Assembly (NCBI GenBank): GCA_027022365.1 | Contig: JALVYU010000031.1 | Coordinates: 1-64,000, forward strand | Direction of reading: 5' to 3' | DNA from: Desulfurococcales archaeon | Lineage (GTDB): Archaea; Thermoproteota; Thermoprotei_A; Sulfolobales; Desulfurococcaceae | Length of the DNA: 64,000 nt | Shown here: in pieces, positions 47,244-58,306 of the stretch | Position numbering within the stretch: position 1 is the stretch's first letter | How the letters are laid out: every line of letters begins with the position of its first letter | Program-made: the position numbers and the translations under genes | The notes under the pieces: generated by a model | What the model was told of the DNA's origin: nothing | What the model saw: only the letters and a program-made list of their open reading frames with translations | The model's database searches: none

Positions 47244-48596
47244 CTACCAGTTCCTCAATAGTATTCTTCCGGCGATTACAAGCGCGTCCCATACCGTGTT
47301 GACGGGTGGCGCGTAGCCGAGGTCTGTGAAGAATAGGTCCTCTACAACGCCTCTTCTATGAAGGAGTGCGGCGACAACATTAATCCTCCAATAGGCGTCT
47401 TCACCACCAATGGCCTGGGCCCCTAGGAGGAGCCCTGATTTCTTATCAGCAATTACTTTCAGCAAGACTTTCCCGGAGCCGGGCATGTAGCTAGGTTTAG
47501 TTCTTGCCTCGACTAGGGCCGCAATAGGATCGAATCCGTGCCTAACAGCCTCTTTCATTGTTAGCCCTGTCCCGGCGACAACTACTCCCTTAATGCTGGT
47601 CACGCTCGTGCCTGCGACGCCGGGGAACAATATTGTTTTACCTGCAATGTTTGAGCCCGCCACGTATCCCTCCTTATTGGCTTCCTGTGCGAAAGGAGCC
47701 CAGGTATACTTGTCTGTAACAACGTGTTTAACTTCGACGTTGTCGCCTGCTGCGTATATGTCCGGATTACTTGTCCTCATCATGCTGTCAACGATGATTG
47801 CCCCGCTCTTCCCTGTTCTAAGACCTAGTTGTTCGGCGATCGATGTGTTAGGCTCTATCCCTGTAGCCACTACTACGGCGTCGGCCTCGTAGGTGTTCTT
47901 GGAGGTTATGACTTCTAGGCGTCCGTTCTTCCTCCTTATCTCCTTAAGGCTCTCGCCATAATTGATTAGTATCCCCTTGTCTCGCAAGATACTTGCGAGC
48001 TTCCCACCCATATCGGGGTCCAAGAGCCTTGACAACGGGTACTCGGACCGCGTCGATATTATGACGTTTTTACCGATCCTTTGAAGGTTTTCGGCGAGCT
48101 CTAAGCCTATGTAGCCGCTACCGATTATAACGATGTCCCTGACGGAATCTCTGCTGATCTCTTCTCTGAGAACGACCGCATCATCTATGTGGTGAAGCTT
48201 ATAGACGCCGGACTGGTCGATTCCAGGTATGTCTGGGAGGTCGGCCTTTGCACCGCTGGCTATGAGCAGTATATCCCACTCATATTTTCCTCTCCCATCC
48301 GGCCCCTCGTATTCTAGGGTTTTCTTATCGGGATCAATACTAGTGACCCGGTGATTCAGCCTTAGATCAATACCCCTCTTCTCAATGAAGAATCTGGGAG
48401 GATAATGCATTAGTTTCTCCGGCTTATCGATAAGACCTCCGACATAGTACGGTGTCCCACATAGCGCGAAGCTCGCCCATCGAGTCTTCTCAAATACTGT
48501 TACGTGGTAATCGGGTCTAAGTTTCTTGATACGGGATGCAGCCGCTAATCCCGCGGGTCCGGCACCAATAATAGCGACCCTGATGCTCATAATCAT
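47244..48596 (-). CDS. cdr: CoA-disulfide reductase / NAD(P)H oxidase family flavoprotein
   Basis: GAGPAG, SFALCG (single redox Cys), GSGYIGLE, YAAGD, DLGYAPP. Confidence 0.85.
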   Translation of the reverse strand: MIMSIRVAIIGAGPAGLAAASRIKKLRPDYHVTVFEKTRWASFALCGTPYYVGGLIDKPEKLMHYPPRFFIEKRGIDLRLNHRVTSIDPDKKTLEYEGPDGRGKYEWDILLIASGAKADLPDIPGIDQSGVYKLHHIDDAVVLREEISRDSVRDIVIIGSGYIGLELAENLQRIGKNVIISTRSEYPLSRLLDPDMGGKLASILRDKGILINYGESLKEIRRKNGRLEVITSKNTYEADAVVVATGIEPNTSIAEQLGLRTGKSGAIIVDSMMRTSNPDIYAAGDNVEVKHVVTDKYTWAPFAQEANKEGYVAGSNIAGKTILFPGVAGTSVTSIKGVVVAGTGLTMKEAVRHGFDPIAALVEARTKPSYMPGSGKVLLKVIADKKSGLLLGAQAIGGEDAYWRINVVAALLHRRGVVEDLFFTDLGYAPPVNTVWDALVIAGRILLRNW

Positions 48597-48680
48597 ATCG
48601 CCTAGAACAGTTTTGTTTCCGTGCTCTAGTTTTTGGATTAGGTCTTTTTAATAAGTAGCGTAGACGTATATCATGATTGA

Positions 48681-49268
48681 ATGGGGGTATCTATTATGCC
48701 GAAATACATAGCAATGGCTCATGGGAGAATATTAGGAGTTTATAATAGTTTTGCTGAGGCGCTTAGAGCTCTTGTAGAGGTTGGTGAGGGCGAAATATAC
48801 AGGGGTGAGCTGATCCTACGCCTAGGCCCTGAAGAAGCAGAAGATCTGAGGGGCTACCTTCCGGGTGTACCCCTAGAGCCTGTGGAAGCACCTAGAACAC
48901 CGGGACCACGTAGAGGCGTGGCAGTTGTACTAGACCAGATGTTCAGAGGGTTCTTCGTAGAGGTGTTGTCTAGGGAGTTCAGAGACATTGAGATACACGA
49001 GATAGTAGGTAAGGGCTTGGAGAAGACAATCCGTGTCGGGAATATTTTCAGACACCCAGCCGCTAACGACTATGATGTGGCGAGACTCGTGGAAACCCTT
49101 GCCGAGAAGGGCAAGAAAGTCATATTCTTCACCGGAGACAAGAAACTCTATAATCACATTGCAGGCTATGAAGGTGTCGCAGCATATTATGCACCGCCCA
49201 ACGAGTTCCCGAGTAAAGAGGCTCTTGCAAAGTTTATGGTAGAGAAGATAAAGGAGAATCTTGGCTGA
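48681..49268 (+). CDS. Hypothetical protein with a C-terminal PIN/Mut7-C-like domain
   Basis: VVLDQMF...D.DV....FFTGDKKL acidic pattern, small N-terminal beta-beta-alpha domain. Confidence 0.55.
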   Translation: MGVSIMPKYIAMAHGRILGVYNSFAEALRALVEVGEGEIYRGELILRLGPEEAEDLRGYLPGVPLEPVEAPRTPGPRRGVAVVLDQMFRGFFVEVLSREFRDIEIHEIVGKGLEKTIRVGNIFRHPAANDYDVARLVETLAEKGKKVIFFTGDKKLYNHIAGYEGVAAYYAPPNEFPSKEALAKFMVEKIKENLG

Positions 49269-49917
49269 GCAGCTGACAAGGATTTCTTTTTCCCGCAAAT
49301 ATTTTAGTTTTGGGGACAGAACCGTTAGTGTGGACGATGACTGTCTTATTCTATGTTTGGGGTGCCAGTACGTATTGACTAGCGGTGGTGAACAGAACAG
49401 TAAGGCGTTGTCTCTCGACGAGATACTTGAGATGAGTGTAGGAGAATTCATGAGAAAATACAGGCCTCCATCAACAACATACATTATAGCTAGGCCGGGA
49501 ACTAAGCTCTATAACATATTAAAGGCGGTTGCCACGGGTCATCCACAGATAGTGATCGTGATAGATGAGAGCAGGAGACCCGTAGGCTTTATAACAGATA
49601 CTCATCTACTTAAAAGCCTCCAACTAAGGCACGGTCATAGGAGCATATTGTCATCGTTCACAGTATCTCGATTTATACTCCCACTGGATAAGAGCCTAAA
49701 TGTCCCCGTTGAGAGCATTATGGATAGGAGACCCCCTGTTGTGAAAATAGATCAGAAACTCATTGACGTTATTAGACAGATGATACATCTTGATGTTTCT
49801 GCCGTCATCGTGACTGATGAAAAAGAGAGAGTTATAGGAGTCCTCACTCGTCGTCATATCATCAGGGCTGTTCTTAACATCTTATTGGGTGAACCAATGA
49901 TTATTGATCTTGAATAA
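49261..49917 (+). CDS. CBS-pair domain protein
   Basis: Two CBS repeats (VIDESRRPVGFIT..HL and VTDEKERVIGVLT..HI). True start probably downstream of 49261. Confidence 0.8.
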   Translation: MAEQLTRISFSRKYFSFGDRTVSVDDDCLILCLGCQYVLTSGGEQNSKALSLDEILEMSVGEFMRKYRPPSTTYIIARPGTKLYNILKAVATGHPQIVIVIDESRRPVGFITDTHLLKSLQLRHGHRSILSSFTVSRFILPLDKSLNVPVESIMDRRPPVVKIDQKLIDVIRQMIHLDVSAVIVTDEKERVIGVLTRRHIIRAVLNILLGEPMIIDLE

Positions 49918-50037
49918 AAACTCCGGCATGTTCTTGGGAAATATTTAAATATTCGTTCAATACCTAAGATAATGGTTTGCCCAGAAAAGTTCCACCAATA
50001 TAATTTTGTGAAAATATCATATATAGGTGTAAGGGAA

Positions 50038-51567
50038 ATGGGTATCCATCTAGAGACCCGTCATTTTCAGATTGAACCCATAGATGTAGATATCGGCAGA
50101 TCAATCGTGATCATGCACGAGTCTGACGCCCACGAGCTGGGTTTAGGTCCAACGTCGAGGGTAAGGCTCGCCAAAGGCGATAGGATAAGGAACGCTGTGG
50201 TGGCCCTGACAAGAACAATGGTTAGTCCGGGAAAAATACTAGTCAGCCGAGACATAATCGATGCGCTCAAGCTGACCAAGCACGACACCGTCGGGGTACG
50301 CCCTATACCGGTTCCGCCGAGCTTCTATATCCTGCAGAGAAGGCTCAAGGGGGAAAGGATCAGCCAGGACGAGATGTTCAAATTAATAAAAGATATAGTT
50401 GACGGAGCATACGGCGAGGCAGAAATCGCTGCTTTCCTGACCAGCCAGCTATACTATGAGCTCAGCGAGGACGAGCTACACTCCCTAATAAGAGCAATGG
50501 TAGAGACCGGGAGCAAGATAGTGTTCGAAGACACGGTCTTCGACGAGCACAGCATAGGTGGTGTGCCCGGCAACAGTAAAGTAGCTCTAATAGCTGTCCC
50601 AACAGTAGCTGCGGCAGGCCTACTAATACCTAAGACGAGTAGCCGTGCGATAACGAGTCCGGCCGGGACAGCAGACACCATGGAGACGCTTGCAAGGGTG
50701 GATTTCACTGCCGAGGAGATAAAGGAGATAGCAAGGAAGGTCAGGGCAACACTTGCCTGGGGTGGACGGCTCAATCTAGCCCCTGCAGACGATATCTTCG
50801 TGAATATAGAGCGTAAACTAAGCATTGATCCATGGCACCAGATGGTTGCAAGCATACTGGCGAAGAAAGCCGCTATGGGTGTGGACAACCTCGTAATAGA
50901 TATTCCGGTCGGGCGTAAAGCCAAGGTCAAAAGCCTTGAGGAAGCCGACCAGCTTGCAGGGATATTTATAAGGCAGGCCGCCAGGCTCGGGATGAGGATC
51001 AAGATAGCGCTGACGTTTGGAGGCCAGCCAATAGGGGCGACCGCTGGCCCCGCTCTTGAGGCTATGGAGGCGCTGAAGACTATGATTGAGAGAAAAGGTA
51101 AGAAGAGCCTGCTGGACAAGGCATTAACGATCGCCGGCATGGTGTTGGAGCTCAGTGGAAAAGTACCGCCAGGACAGGGCTTCGAGGCGGCACGCGAGAT
51201 ATTCATGTCGGGCAAGACCTACGAGAAGTTCAAGGAGATCGTTGAAGCACAGGGCGGGGACCCGAACGTAAAGCCCGAAGACCTCCCTGTCGGAAAACAC
51301 TCCTACACAATAACATCGCCTATAGCCGGGGCTGTAACATATATCGATAATGCGGCCATAACAACAATAGCACGTGCAGCGGGGGCACCGTTTGATAAAG
51401 GAGCTGGCGTCTACCTCCACGCCAAAGTAGGATACAGGGTAAACAAGGGAGACCCACTAATAACAATCTACAGTAGCAGCTCGACCCGTCTACAAGAAGC
51501 AGTTAATCTAGCGACAAGATATTCTCCATTGATTGTAGAGGGTATGTTGCTCAAAGTATTACCGTAA
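50038..51567 (+). CDS. deoA: AMP phosphorylase
   Basis: N-terminal double-psi extension, HSIGGVPGN, PKTSSRAITSPAGTADTME, LAPADD, DIPVG..AK, AGAP.DKGAG. Confidence 0.93.
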   Translation: MGIHLETRHFQIEPIDVDIGRSIVIMHESDAHELGLGPTSRVRLAKGDRIRNAVVALTRTMVSPGKILVSRDIIDALKLTKHDTVGVRPIPVPPSFYILQRRLKGERISQDEMFKLIKDIVDGAYGEAEIAAFLTSQLYYELSEDELHSLIRAMVETGSKIVFEDTVFDEHSIGGVPGNSKVALIAVPTVAAAGLLIPKTSSRAITSPAGTADTMETLARVDFTAEEIKEIARKVRATLAWGGRLNLAPADDIFVNIERKLSIDPWHQMVASILAKKAAMGVDNLVIDIPVGRKAKVKSLEEADQLAGIFIRQAARLGMRIKIALTFGGQPIGATAGPALEAMEALKTMIERKGKKSLLDKALTIAGMVLELSGKVPPGQGFEAAREIFMSGKTYEKFKEIVEAQGGDPNVKPEDLPVGKHSYTITSPIAGAVTYIDNAAITTIARAAGAPFDKGAGVYLHAKVGYRVNKGDPLITIYSSSSTRLQEAVNLATRYSPLIVEGMLLKVLP

Positions 51568-51595
51568 AATTATCCTCGCCGGTTAAAACGCCTTT

Positions 51596-52396
51596 TTACT
51601 CTTGCTTCAACTCTATCCTGATGTTTTTAGGTTTGATCGAAGCTGGTAGAACGTTGGATAAGAATCCCTCAATAACACCTATCAATGCATTTGCCAGCTT
51701 ATCATCTAGTATAATAGGCTTATTGTTAACAATGATACTTACGCCTCTCGTCTCAATACACTGTGAGGGAGTTATGAATCCCTTCAACAATTTTTCCGCT
51801 ACCTCGTGCTTTGAAGCCATTCCGCAGAGAGAAGGATCAATGTTTATGGCGGAAGAGATCTGTGTGATAGCGTCATTGTAGATTTCTCTCGCCAGCTTCT
51901 CCGCCTCGTCTATAAGGAGAGCATTGAAGCCTTGCTGAAGCGCGGTTTCAACTACCTCTAGATCGTTACTGACTATATACCATAACCCCGGCTCACCCGA
52001 GATCAGCTCTATCTCCCTAGGCTCCTCGACAATGGCTATTGCTCTCCCGATGTTTGCCCCTTTAAAGCCCTCGGCAAGTACTAATGGCGTATAGTAGCTG
52101 AGATTCTCGATGATTTCTTCGAGGCTCTCCATAGGCTCGGTTATCATGATTAGTTCTTCAGGATTAGAGACCACAATATTGGATGCCCCTGCATTCCTAT
52201 ATCTGAACGCGTCATTGAATTTTTCGAGCACTGATGAGCTTGTTTGGAGGATCACAGTAGGCTTAACACCTATCCTGTTAAGCTCCCTTGTAAGGAGAGC
52301 GCCAAGACTTGTCTTTCCCGCACCTGGTCTCGTCGATATGATCCTATAGACGCTTGTCAGTCCTTCCAGCAACTTATAGGGTTTTTTCGATGACAT
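51596..52396 (-). CDS. MobB-like P-loop protein
   Basis: GAGKT, D..RY..AGA, LVLAEGFK, and a C-terminal archaeal MobB-like domain with reduced Cys content. Confidence 0.65.
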   Translation of the reverse strand: MSSKKPYKLLEGLTSVYRIISTRPGAGKTSLGALLTRELNRIGVKPTVILQTSSSVLEKFNDAFRYRNAGASNIVVSNPEELIMITEPMESLEEIIENLSYYTPLVLAEGFKGANIGRAIAIVEEPREIELISGEPGLWYIVSNDLEVVETALQQGFNALLIDEAEKLAREIYNDAITQISSAINIDPSLCGMASKHEVAEKLLKGFITPSQCIETRGVSIIVNNKPIILDDKLANALIGVIEGFLSNVLPASIKPKNIRIELKQE

Positions 52397-52595
52397 GAAT
52401 ATACTCCACCATACATGATTGTCGTAAATACGGTACTAATAATTAACATCTAGTTGTCTAGGTTTAATTTAACTATCCGCAAATCAGTGCTGTCGAAGCT
52501 AAAGGCGATAATATCTTATTTAATTCATGGTTGTCCTTATAAGTCATAGTAGAATATAACCTTAGACTAGTAAACTGTTTTTCGAAGGTGTAAAC

Positions 52596-53975
52596 ATGGC
52601 CGAGAAATATGATGTAGCAATTATTGGAGCTGGAGTCGCAGGATTAACCGCTGCTTATGATCTCGTCGCCCGGGGCTTCAAAGTAGCGGTTATCGAGAGC
52701 AAGCCCCGGGATCGAATAGGAGATAAGACCTGCGGCGATGCAATAGGTACCCACCATTTCTCCGAGCTCGGCTGGAAACCCCCGTCCAGCATTATTGATC
52801 ACAAATACTCGGGCGTCAAGATCTACAGTCCCAGCGAGAAATACGGATTAGTTGTTCCGGGAGAAGGCGTAAGTGTTAACCGTGTTAAGTTCGGCCAATG
52901 GCTTCTCGCCAGAGTCCTTGATCACGGTGGCATACTTTATGATAGCCATGTCCTCGTCGATGTTGCTTTGAAGAATAACAGGGTAGAGAAGATAATAGTC
53001 AAGAAAGTTGGCGAGCCCGGCCTCAGAGAAATATATGCCGAGGCATTCATTGATGCGAGCGGCGCCAAGCCAAGCCTCAGGCCTAAACTACCCAGTGAAT
53101 GGCCCCTGGCCGAGAGGCCCTACATGACGGATTTCAATATAGCGTATAGAGAGGTCATAGAGCTCGAGAAACCGCTAGAGTCGGACATAGAATACGCGAT
53201 CATATATCTGAATACCGAGGTAGCCCCCGGAGGCTACTGGTGGCTCTTCCCTAAAGACCCCGAGGGGAGGAACATCAATGTAGGACTGGGCGTTGTATGG
53301 GGGCCCCAAGGCTACAACCCTAGGCACAACTATAACAAGTACTTAAAGCCAAGGTTCAAGGGCAAACTACTACACGCTGGGGGCGGTATAGTCCCGACGA
53401 GAAGACCTATGCCGACACTCGTATGGAGCAACGTGGGAGTAGTGGGGGATGCAGCCTATACCGTCAACCCTGTCCACGGAGGCGGAATAGGCTCCTCAAT
53501 GCTGTCAGCCAGCATAGTGGCGAGAAATATGGCCAACGCGCTTGAAGCCGGAAGAGTTGATGAGACAACCATGTGGAAAGCCAACAAAGAATACATGGCC
53601 GTGTATGGTGCAAAACAAGCATCACTGGATATCCTGAGAATGTATCTACAGAAACTAACAAACGACGACTTCGAATGGATACTTAAGAACAAGATCGTTG
53701 ATGGTGCCTCAATATATGATCTGGGGACAAAAGGAAGCCTTGTGGAGGAGATAATTCGGGGTGTAGGAAAACTTATCAGGCTTCTGGGAAAGCCATCCCT
53801 ATTGAACCAGTTAAGAATAGTTAGAAGCTATATGAACAAGGTTAAAACATTGTATCTAAACGAGTACCCCGAGACACCGGATAAGCTACACGAATGGATA
53901 TTGAAGACAGAGTCGGTCTTCAATGAGTACAGGGTAGAAATAGGATATGATCCCGGGCCAAGGGTCAGATGGTGA
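52596..53975 (+). CDS. Digeranylgeranylglycerophospholipid reductase (geranylgeranyl reductase)
   Basis: GAGVAG, K.CGD, PGGYWWLFP, VGDAA..VNP.HGGG. Confidence 0.9.
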   Translation: MAEKYDVAIIGAGVAGLTAAYDLVARGFKVAVIESKPRDRIGDKTCGDAIGTHHFSELGWKPPSSIIDHKYSGVKIYSPSEKYGLVVPGEGVSVNRVKFGQWLLARVLDHGGILYDSHVLVDVALKNNRVEKIIVKKVGEPGLREIYAEAFIDASGAKPSLRPKLPSEWPLAERPYMTDFNIAYREVIELEKPLESDIEYAIIYLNTEVAPGGYWWLFPKDPEGRNINVGLGVVWGPQGYNPRHNYNKYLKPRFKGKLLHAGGGIVPTRRPMPTLVWSNVGVVGDAAYTVNPVHGGGIGSSMLSASIVARNMANALEAGRVDETTMWKANKEYMAVYGAKQASLDILRMYLQKLTNDDFEWILKNKIVDGASIYDLGTKGSLVEEIIRGVGKLIRLLGKPSLLNQLRIVRSYMNKVKTLYLNEYPETPDKLHEWILKTESVFNEYRVEIGYDPGPRVRW

Positions 53976-54508
53976 AGGTGGCAGGTCTCGATCTCAGAGC
54001 TAGACAGGATAGGCCTTCAGGGATAGCGTTTCTCCAGAAGAGAAGACTCATTTTTATATCAAAAGTTTACGGAGATGAAGAAATCCTTTCATTACTTGAT
54101 AAATACAAGCCCAAAATAGTAGCGATAGATTCTCCTCTGTCTCATTCCAGAGGATTTAGGAGAGTTGACAGGAAAATGATCAAGATGGGCTACAAGGTGT
54201 TACCGCCGGGATGGCCCGCAATGAGGAAGCTTGTTTCGAGGGCCATTAGGCTCAGAGAAATACTAGAAAGAAGAGGTGTTTTAGTTATTGAAACACATCC
54301 GAGGAGCTCGCTTTTATCATCTGGATGTAGTATATGGGAATTAATGGTACGCGAAGGGCTTGAACAGTCCTTGATCAGAGATCTTTCGAAAGATGAGATT
54401 GACGCACTCATAGCCGCGCTAACGGCTTACCATTACATGATCGGTGACTATGTTTCCGTCAAAGATGTTGATGGAGAAATAATCTTGTTACCACGTATAT
54501 GCAGTTGA
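53969..54508 (+). CDS. DUF429-family RNase H-like protein
   Basis: GLDL, VAIDSPL, R.VD, IETHP, DEIDA..AA. Confidence 0.8.
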   Translation: MVKVAGLDLRARQDRPSGIAFLQKRRLIFISKVYGDEEILSLLDKYKPKIVAIDSPLSHSRGFRRVDRKMIKMGYKVLPPGWPAMRKLVSRAIRLREILERRGVLVIETHPRSSLLSSGCSIWELMVREGLEQSLIRDLSKDEIDALIAALTAYHYMIGDYVSVKDVDGEIILLPRICS

Positions 54509-55474
54509 TTTTTTCTGAGGCAGGTACTGGGGAGCAATACTGATTATTTTATTCATAATATAGTCTAAGACAGCGGTTTCACTGAACAATTTCTTGATTC
54601 TAACTATGATCGGTATTTTCACTGCGAAACCGCTGGCGTGGGGATGTCCGCCTCCCCCTAGGGCTTTGGCGATCTCCCTTATATTGATCTCTTTGCTTCG
54701 CAGGCTTACCTTTCCCTTATCCGAGATAACCGCTACAACCTCGGCGTTCTTGCGCGCCATGATGTAGGCGGCGGCGAAGCTGTTCTCGATATACTTGTTG
54801 GCTTTTACAAAGGCAAAGAGTATTCCATTGATTCTCTTGAGCTTTACCAGTCTCTCCAGTTCCCCGTACGCATTGATTTCTTTCTCGACTCTATCGATCA
54901 GTATGTCATCGAAGCTCTTATCCCATAGCTTCTCTTCGAGAATAGTGTTCAGTACTTTTTCTCGCCACGAATCCGGGTCGTCTCTCCTTATGAGTCTGAG
55001 ATACCATGGGCCTAACCAGTGATCGAATCTCCACAGGTCTCCCGAGCAAACACCTTTTACGAGTTCTTCGATAAACTCTTTATTAATACTGCTTCGACGA
55101 GGCGCGTACTTGGCGACAACCCCCGTTGCACAGATGGAATTATCTACATTGATTCTAACACCGACCTCTTTGAGGCTGTCAAGCCATTCTTTATCCCATA
55201 TATGGTGGTCGTACCACTCTATCTCGATTCCCTCGGCGATCTTTTTCTCCAGTATGGGTCTGATGTACTCGTAAGTCTTCTGGTTCATCCCTAAGTCCAT
55301 GAAGGCTATGGTGTGGACATTCCGAATCTTGGAGATCTTCTTGAAGGCCTTTATGAGTAGATAAGGCTCAGTAAACATGATCTTGGAAGGCCTATACCCC
55401 CTATAATGTATGTAGACGGCGGCTGACCCCACTCCATCCATATCAGTATGTGTTACGACCATATAGTCATCCAT
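54488..55474 (-). CDS. DHH/DHHA1 family phosphoesterase
   Basis: THTDMDG, MDLG, WYDHH, D.W, SLRS, GGGGHPHASG. Likely start ATG 55474. Confidence 0.9.
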   Translation of the reverse strand: MDDYMVVTHTDMDGVGSAAVYIHYRGYRPSKIMFTEPYLLIKAFKKISKIRNVHTIAFMDLGMNQKTYEYIRPILEKKIAEGIEIEWYDHHIWDKEWLDSLKEVGVRINVDNSICATGVVAKYAPRRSSINKEFIEELVKGVCSGDLWRFDHWLGPWYLRLIRRDDPDSWREKVLNTILEEKLWDKSFDDILIDRVEKEINAYGELERLVKLKRINGILFAFVKANKYIENSFAAAYIMARKNAEVVAVISDKGKVSLRSKEINIREIAKALGGGGHPHASGFAVKIPIIVRIKKLFSETAVLDYIMNKIISIAPQYLPQKKSTAYTW

Positions 55475-55572
55475 ATCAACCGTTCCCCAATCATTGTTGT
55501 GTCGTCGAATCATTTTATCTAGCTTAATAAGGAATTATAAAGTAAGTGATAACCTGATAATAGGTCAGTGGC

Positions 55573-56814
55573 GTGAAGACAGAGTTGCCAGGCAAACCAA
55601 GGGACCTATGTCTAAGATGCAAGGGATACCGTAATCTCTGCGGGCTTGGATATTGTCCACTCCTACGCGGATTCCGCGGCAAGGTCAAAATGATATCGAG
55701 GATTAATAACACACGAGTCAACGGAGCTACACCGCCTTCTGCCCTGGTAGGCGAGTACGGGTATCCATACGTCAACGTGTACATAGGCCTCCCGCCTTGC
55801 ATACATGGTGATGAGGCCAAGAAATACGATGATCCTTCTTCATGGTTCCTAAGACTAGGATTAGGAGACATAATAGAGCTAAGATCACAGCTAGTGTACG
55901 CTAAGAAGAAAGCGAAAGTGAACGATCCATTGATGTTGTACGAGAAAGAAATAGGATTAGCGGCTTTGTCGAGAAAACCAGTTGACGCAGAGGCAGAACT
56001 ATCAGGTATACCGAAGCCCAGGCTAAGACTTGATCCTCTTCTTCCGCCAATAGGCCCCACGATATCGGCCAGAAGAATAAGAGTATCAGGTAATCCGTCT
56101 CTTCACCCAGCTCTCGAGAAGCTGATATGGGATGATGTTAGGGCCGAAGAAGCTGTTTGGATCCTTCACCGTGAAGGCCTCGACCACTACGAAATAGTAA
56201 GAGCCCTATCTCTCGGTTTCATCGGAACTATTAGGCGGAGGAAGCTTGTTCCCACGAGATGGAGCATAACAGCGGTTGACAGTATTGTAGCCAAAATGTA
56301 TCTAAGAACAATACACTTGTCGAGACCTATAAGCGATGTACTGGTCTACCATGCCGAGTATCTCTACAACAAGTACACCATAATACTTTACCCGGGAAGA
56401 TATAGTTCCGAGTGGATAGAGGTATGGATGCCCAACAGCCTTTGGAACCCACACGCTGAGCCGTCAATACTCATCATACGTGACGACTACCGTGGTCGCC
56501 CGGAGAAGATGGATGGAGGATTCCTTGCGGCAAGAACACCTATTCTCGGGCACCTTGCAAGCACTAGGAGGCAGGCCAAGGTAATAATTTTGAGGGAGGT
56601 CGCGCCACAATATATCTACCCCGTGGGCAACTGGCAGATCAGAATGACCGTTGCAGAAGCACTTCGTAGGGGCCCCGTGCTGAGAAACCCTACGAAAAAA
56701 GAGCTCCTCTTATATCTTAGGAGAACACATAGTGTTCCAACGCACATATATGATCATATTGTCGAGAAAATATACAGTGAGAGGCAGATGACCATCGATG
56801 ATTTCAAGAAATAA
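55573..56814 (+). CDS. nreA: Nre DNA repair protein
   Basis: C..CKG...LCG...CP zinc site, PPS..VGE.GYP, LVPTRWSITAVD, PVGNWQIR, C-terminal PIP box QMTIDDF. Confidence 0.9.
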   Translation: MKTELPGKPRDLCLRCKGYRNLCGLGYCPLLRGFRGKVKMISRINNTRVNGATPPSALVGEYGYPYVNVYIGLPPCIHGDEAKKYDDPSSWFLRLGLGDIIELRSQLVYAKKKAKVNDPLMLYEKEIGLAALSRKPVDAEAELSGIPKPRLRLDPLLPPIGPTISARRIRVSGNPSLHPALEKLIWDDVRAEEAVWILHREGLDHYEIVRALSLGFIGTIRRRKLVPTRWSITAVDSIVAKMYLRTIHLSRPISDVLVYHAEYLYNKYTIILYPGRYSSEWIEVWMPNSLWNPHAEPSILIIRDDYRGRPEKMDGGFLAARTPILGHLASTRRQAKVIILREVAPQYIYPVGNWQIRMTVAEALRRGPVLRNPTKKELLLYLRRTHSVPTHIYDHIVEKIYSERQMTIDDFKK

Positions 56815-56830
56815 TAATATAGACACGCGC

Positions 56831-58114
56831 ATGGAAGCCTCAGCAGGAATAATTGTATTATCACTATTTGTTTATATAGCCATTATAGCCTCAATTACCC
56901 TGGCAACCTATATGTTCTGGAACACATACTTTTTGGCACCAAGCCTCATCGTTAAGCTCAGCACATACTTTGTACTAATATTATTCACGTATATTGTTTT
57001 GACGGAGATGTATGACTTAGCGAACAACTTATCAAAAATAAAGTTATTCTCGGAGAACCTCTACATGAACCTGGAATACCTACTGATTCCTTTGAGCATT
57101 ATCTTGTCAATTGATCTACTAACTGATATAACAGCAAATATTTACAGAGAATATGAAATCGTAATGATATTAATTGATATAACTTTGATACTAGTAGAAT
57201 CTATTCTCCTCTATCTTCTTGGGAGAAGAATATTCTTAGGCCTCGAACTTAGAAAACTAATAAGAATACTTTACGGAAACACCCAAGGCCTATTACGTAG
57301 TTTTTGGAGAAAATTAAAGAATAGAGAATTATTCACCAATGCAGCATACTTTATCTCCTTCGTACTCCTTTACAACTATGGAATCCTTGCTTTCCAAGCT
57401 ATAAGAGTGATAACTGTAGCAACCGAACACATAACAATTAATTCTATTCTCAACTGCTTAGTCCTAATAATGATGATTAAACTAGTGCTATACTCATCAA
57501 CAATATCATATATGATGTACACAGGAATTATCCTATCGCCTGAACAAAAAATAGATTTGAGAAAAGTACTTGTTACACTGGATAGGCGCCAATCACTAAT
57601 TACGGCCATATATTATAGGTCCGTTAAGGAGCTGAAGATGTATATACATGAGGTTCTTCTTAATCCACTAAATGATGTTATTATCATATTACCGTATAAC
57701 ATAGATACAGAGTGTACACGTTTTATTAGAGAAGTTAAGAATAACAATACCGCCGTTATAATATATCTGAGAAGACAAACAACCGCTCTCCAGAAACTCC
57801 CCATTTCATCGGAAAAAAAGATATTTTATATTAGTTCTCTGCAGTATATGCAGATAAACTATATTATACGTGGCGTGAGATTTACCGCTCCTATACTAAG
57901 AATAATTATTTGTTTAATGCAAGATGAAAGCTTTATCGAAAAAATGGGCACTACGTTCTATAGATTCGTGAGAGGCATTATAGATTACTTCTGCGGGGCC
58001 AAGTTTACCCGTGTCTTTATAGAGTTTATAGCGCCTTATAATCGGTTCGATAATATTTCCGAATTATTGTCACTAATTGTTCATGATGAATATACATTAT
58101 CAAAACAACAATAG
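56831..58114 (+). CDS. Polytopic membrane protein with C-terminal cytoplasmic alpha/beta domain (DUF835-like?)
   Basis: About six TM helices in the first 235 aa, then an alternating alpha/beta domain ending ...ISELLSLIVHDEYTL. Visibly AT-rich. Confidence 0.6.
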   Translation: MEASAGIIVLSLFVYIAIIASITLATYMFWNTYFLAPSLIVKLSTYFVLILFTYIVLTEMYDLANNLSKIKLFSENLYMNLEYLLIPLSIILSIDLLTDITANIYREYEIVMILIDITLILVESILLYLLGRRIFLGLELRKLIRILYGNTQGLLRSFWRKLKNRELFTNAAYFISFVLLYNYGILAFQAIRVITVATEHITINSILNCLVLIMMIKLVLYSSTISYMMYTGIILSPEQKIDLRKVLVTLDRRQSLITAIYYRSVKELKMYIHEVLLNPLNDVIIILPYNIDTECTRFIREVKNNNTAVIIYLRRQTTALQKLPISSEKKIFYISSLQYMQINYIIRGVRFTAPILRIIICLMQDESFIEKMGTTFYRFVRGIIDYFCGAKFTRVFIEFIAPYNRFDNISELLSLIVHDEYTLSKQQ

Positions 58115-58306
58115 ATGTTTTCCAATAATACAACACTGTTATAATTAGTTGAAATCATTTATTGGTTAAAATAAAAAACTTGTTTTATGATATAAATCAA
58201 TATTTAGTCTTAGTGACATAGAAGTAATGTAGGTGTATTATTGGAAAGGAAACCATTACGTATGGGTGCATCTACTCATTTACACAGAATAGAGGAGGGA
58301 ATAAAT

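Noticed and set aside
50454-51215. Long antisense ORFs (this 253-aa one, also 60606-61232, 48930-49484, 55524-56060, 10198-10737)
   Set aside because: Shadow frames opposite well-supported genes, with Ser/Ile-rich antisense composition and no motifs.
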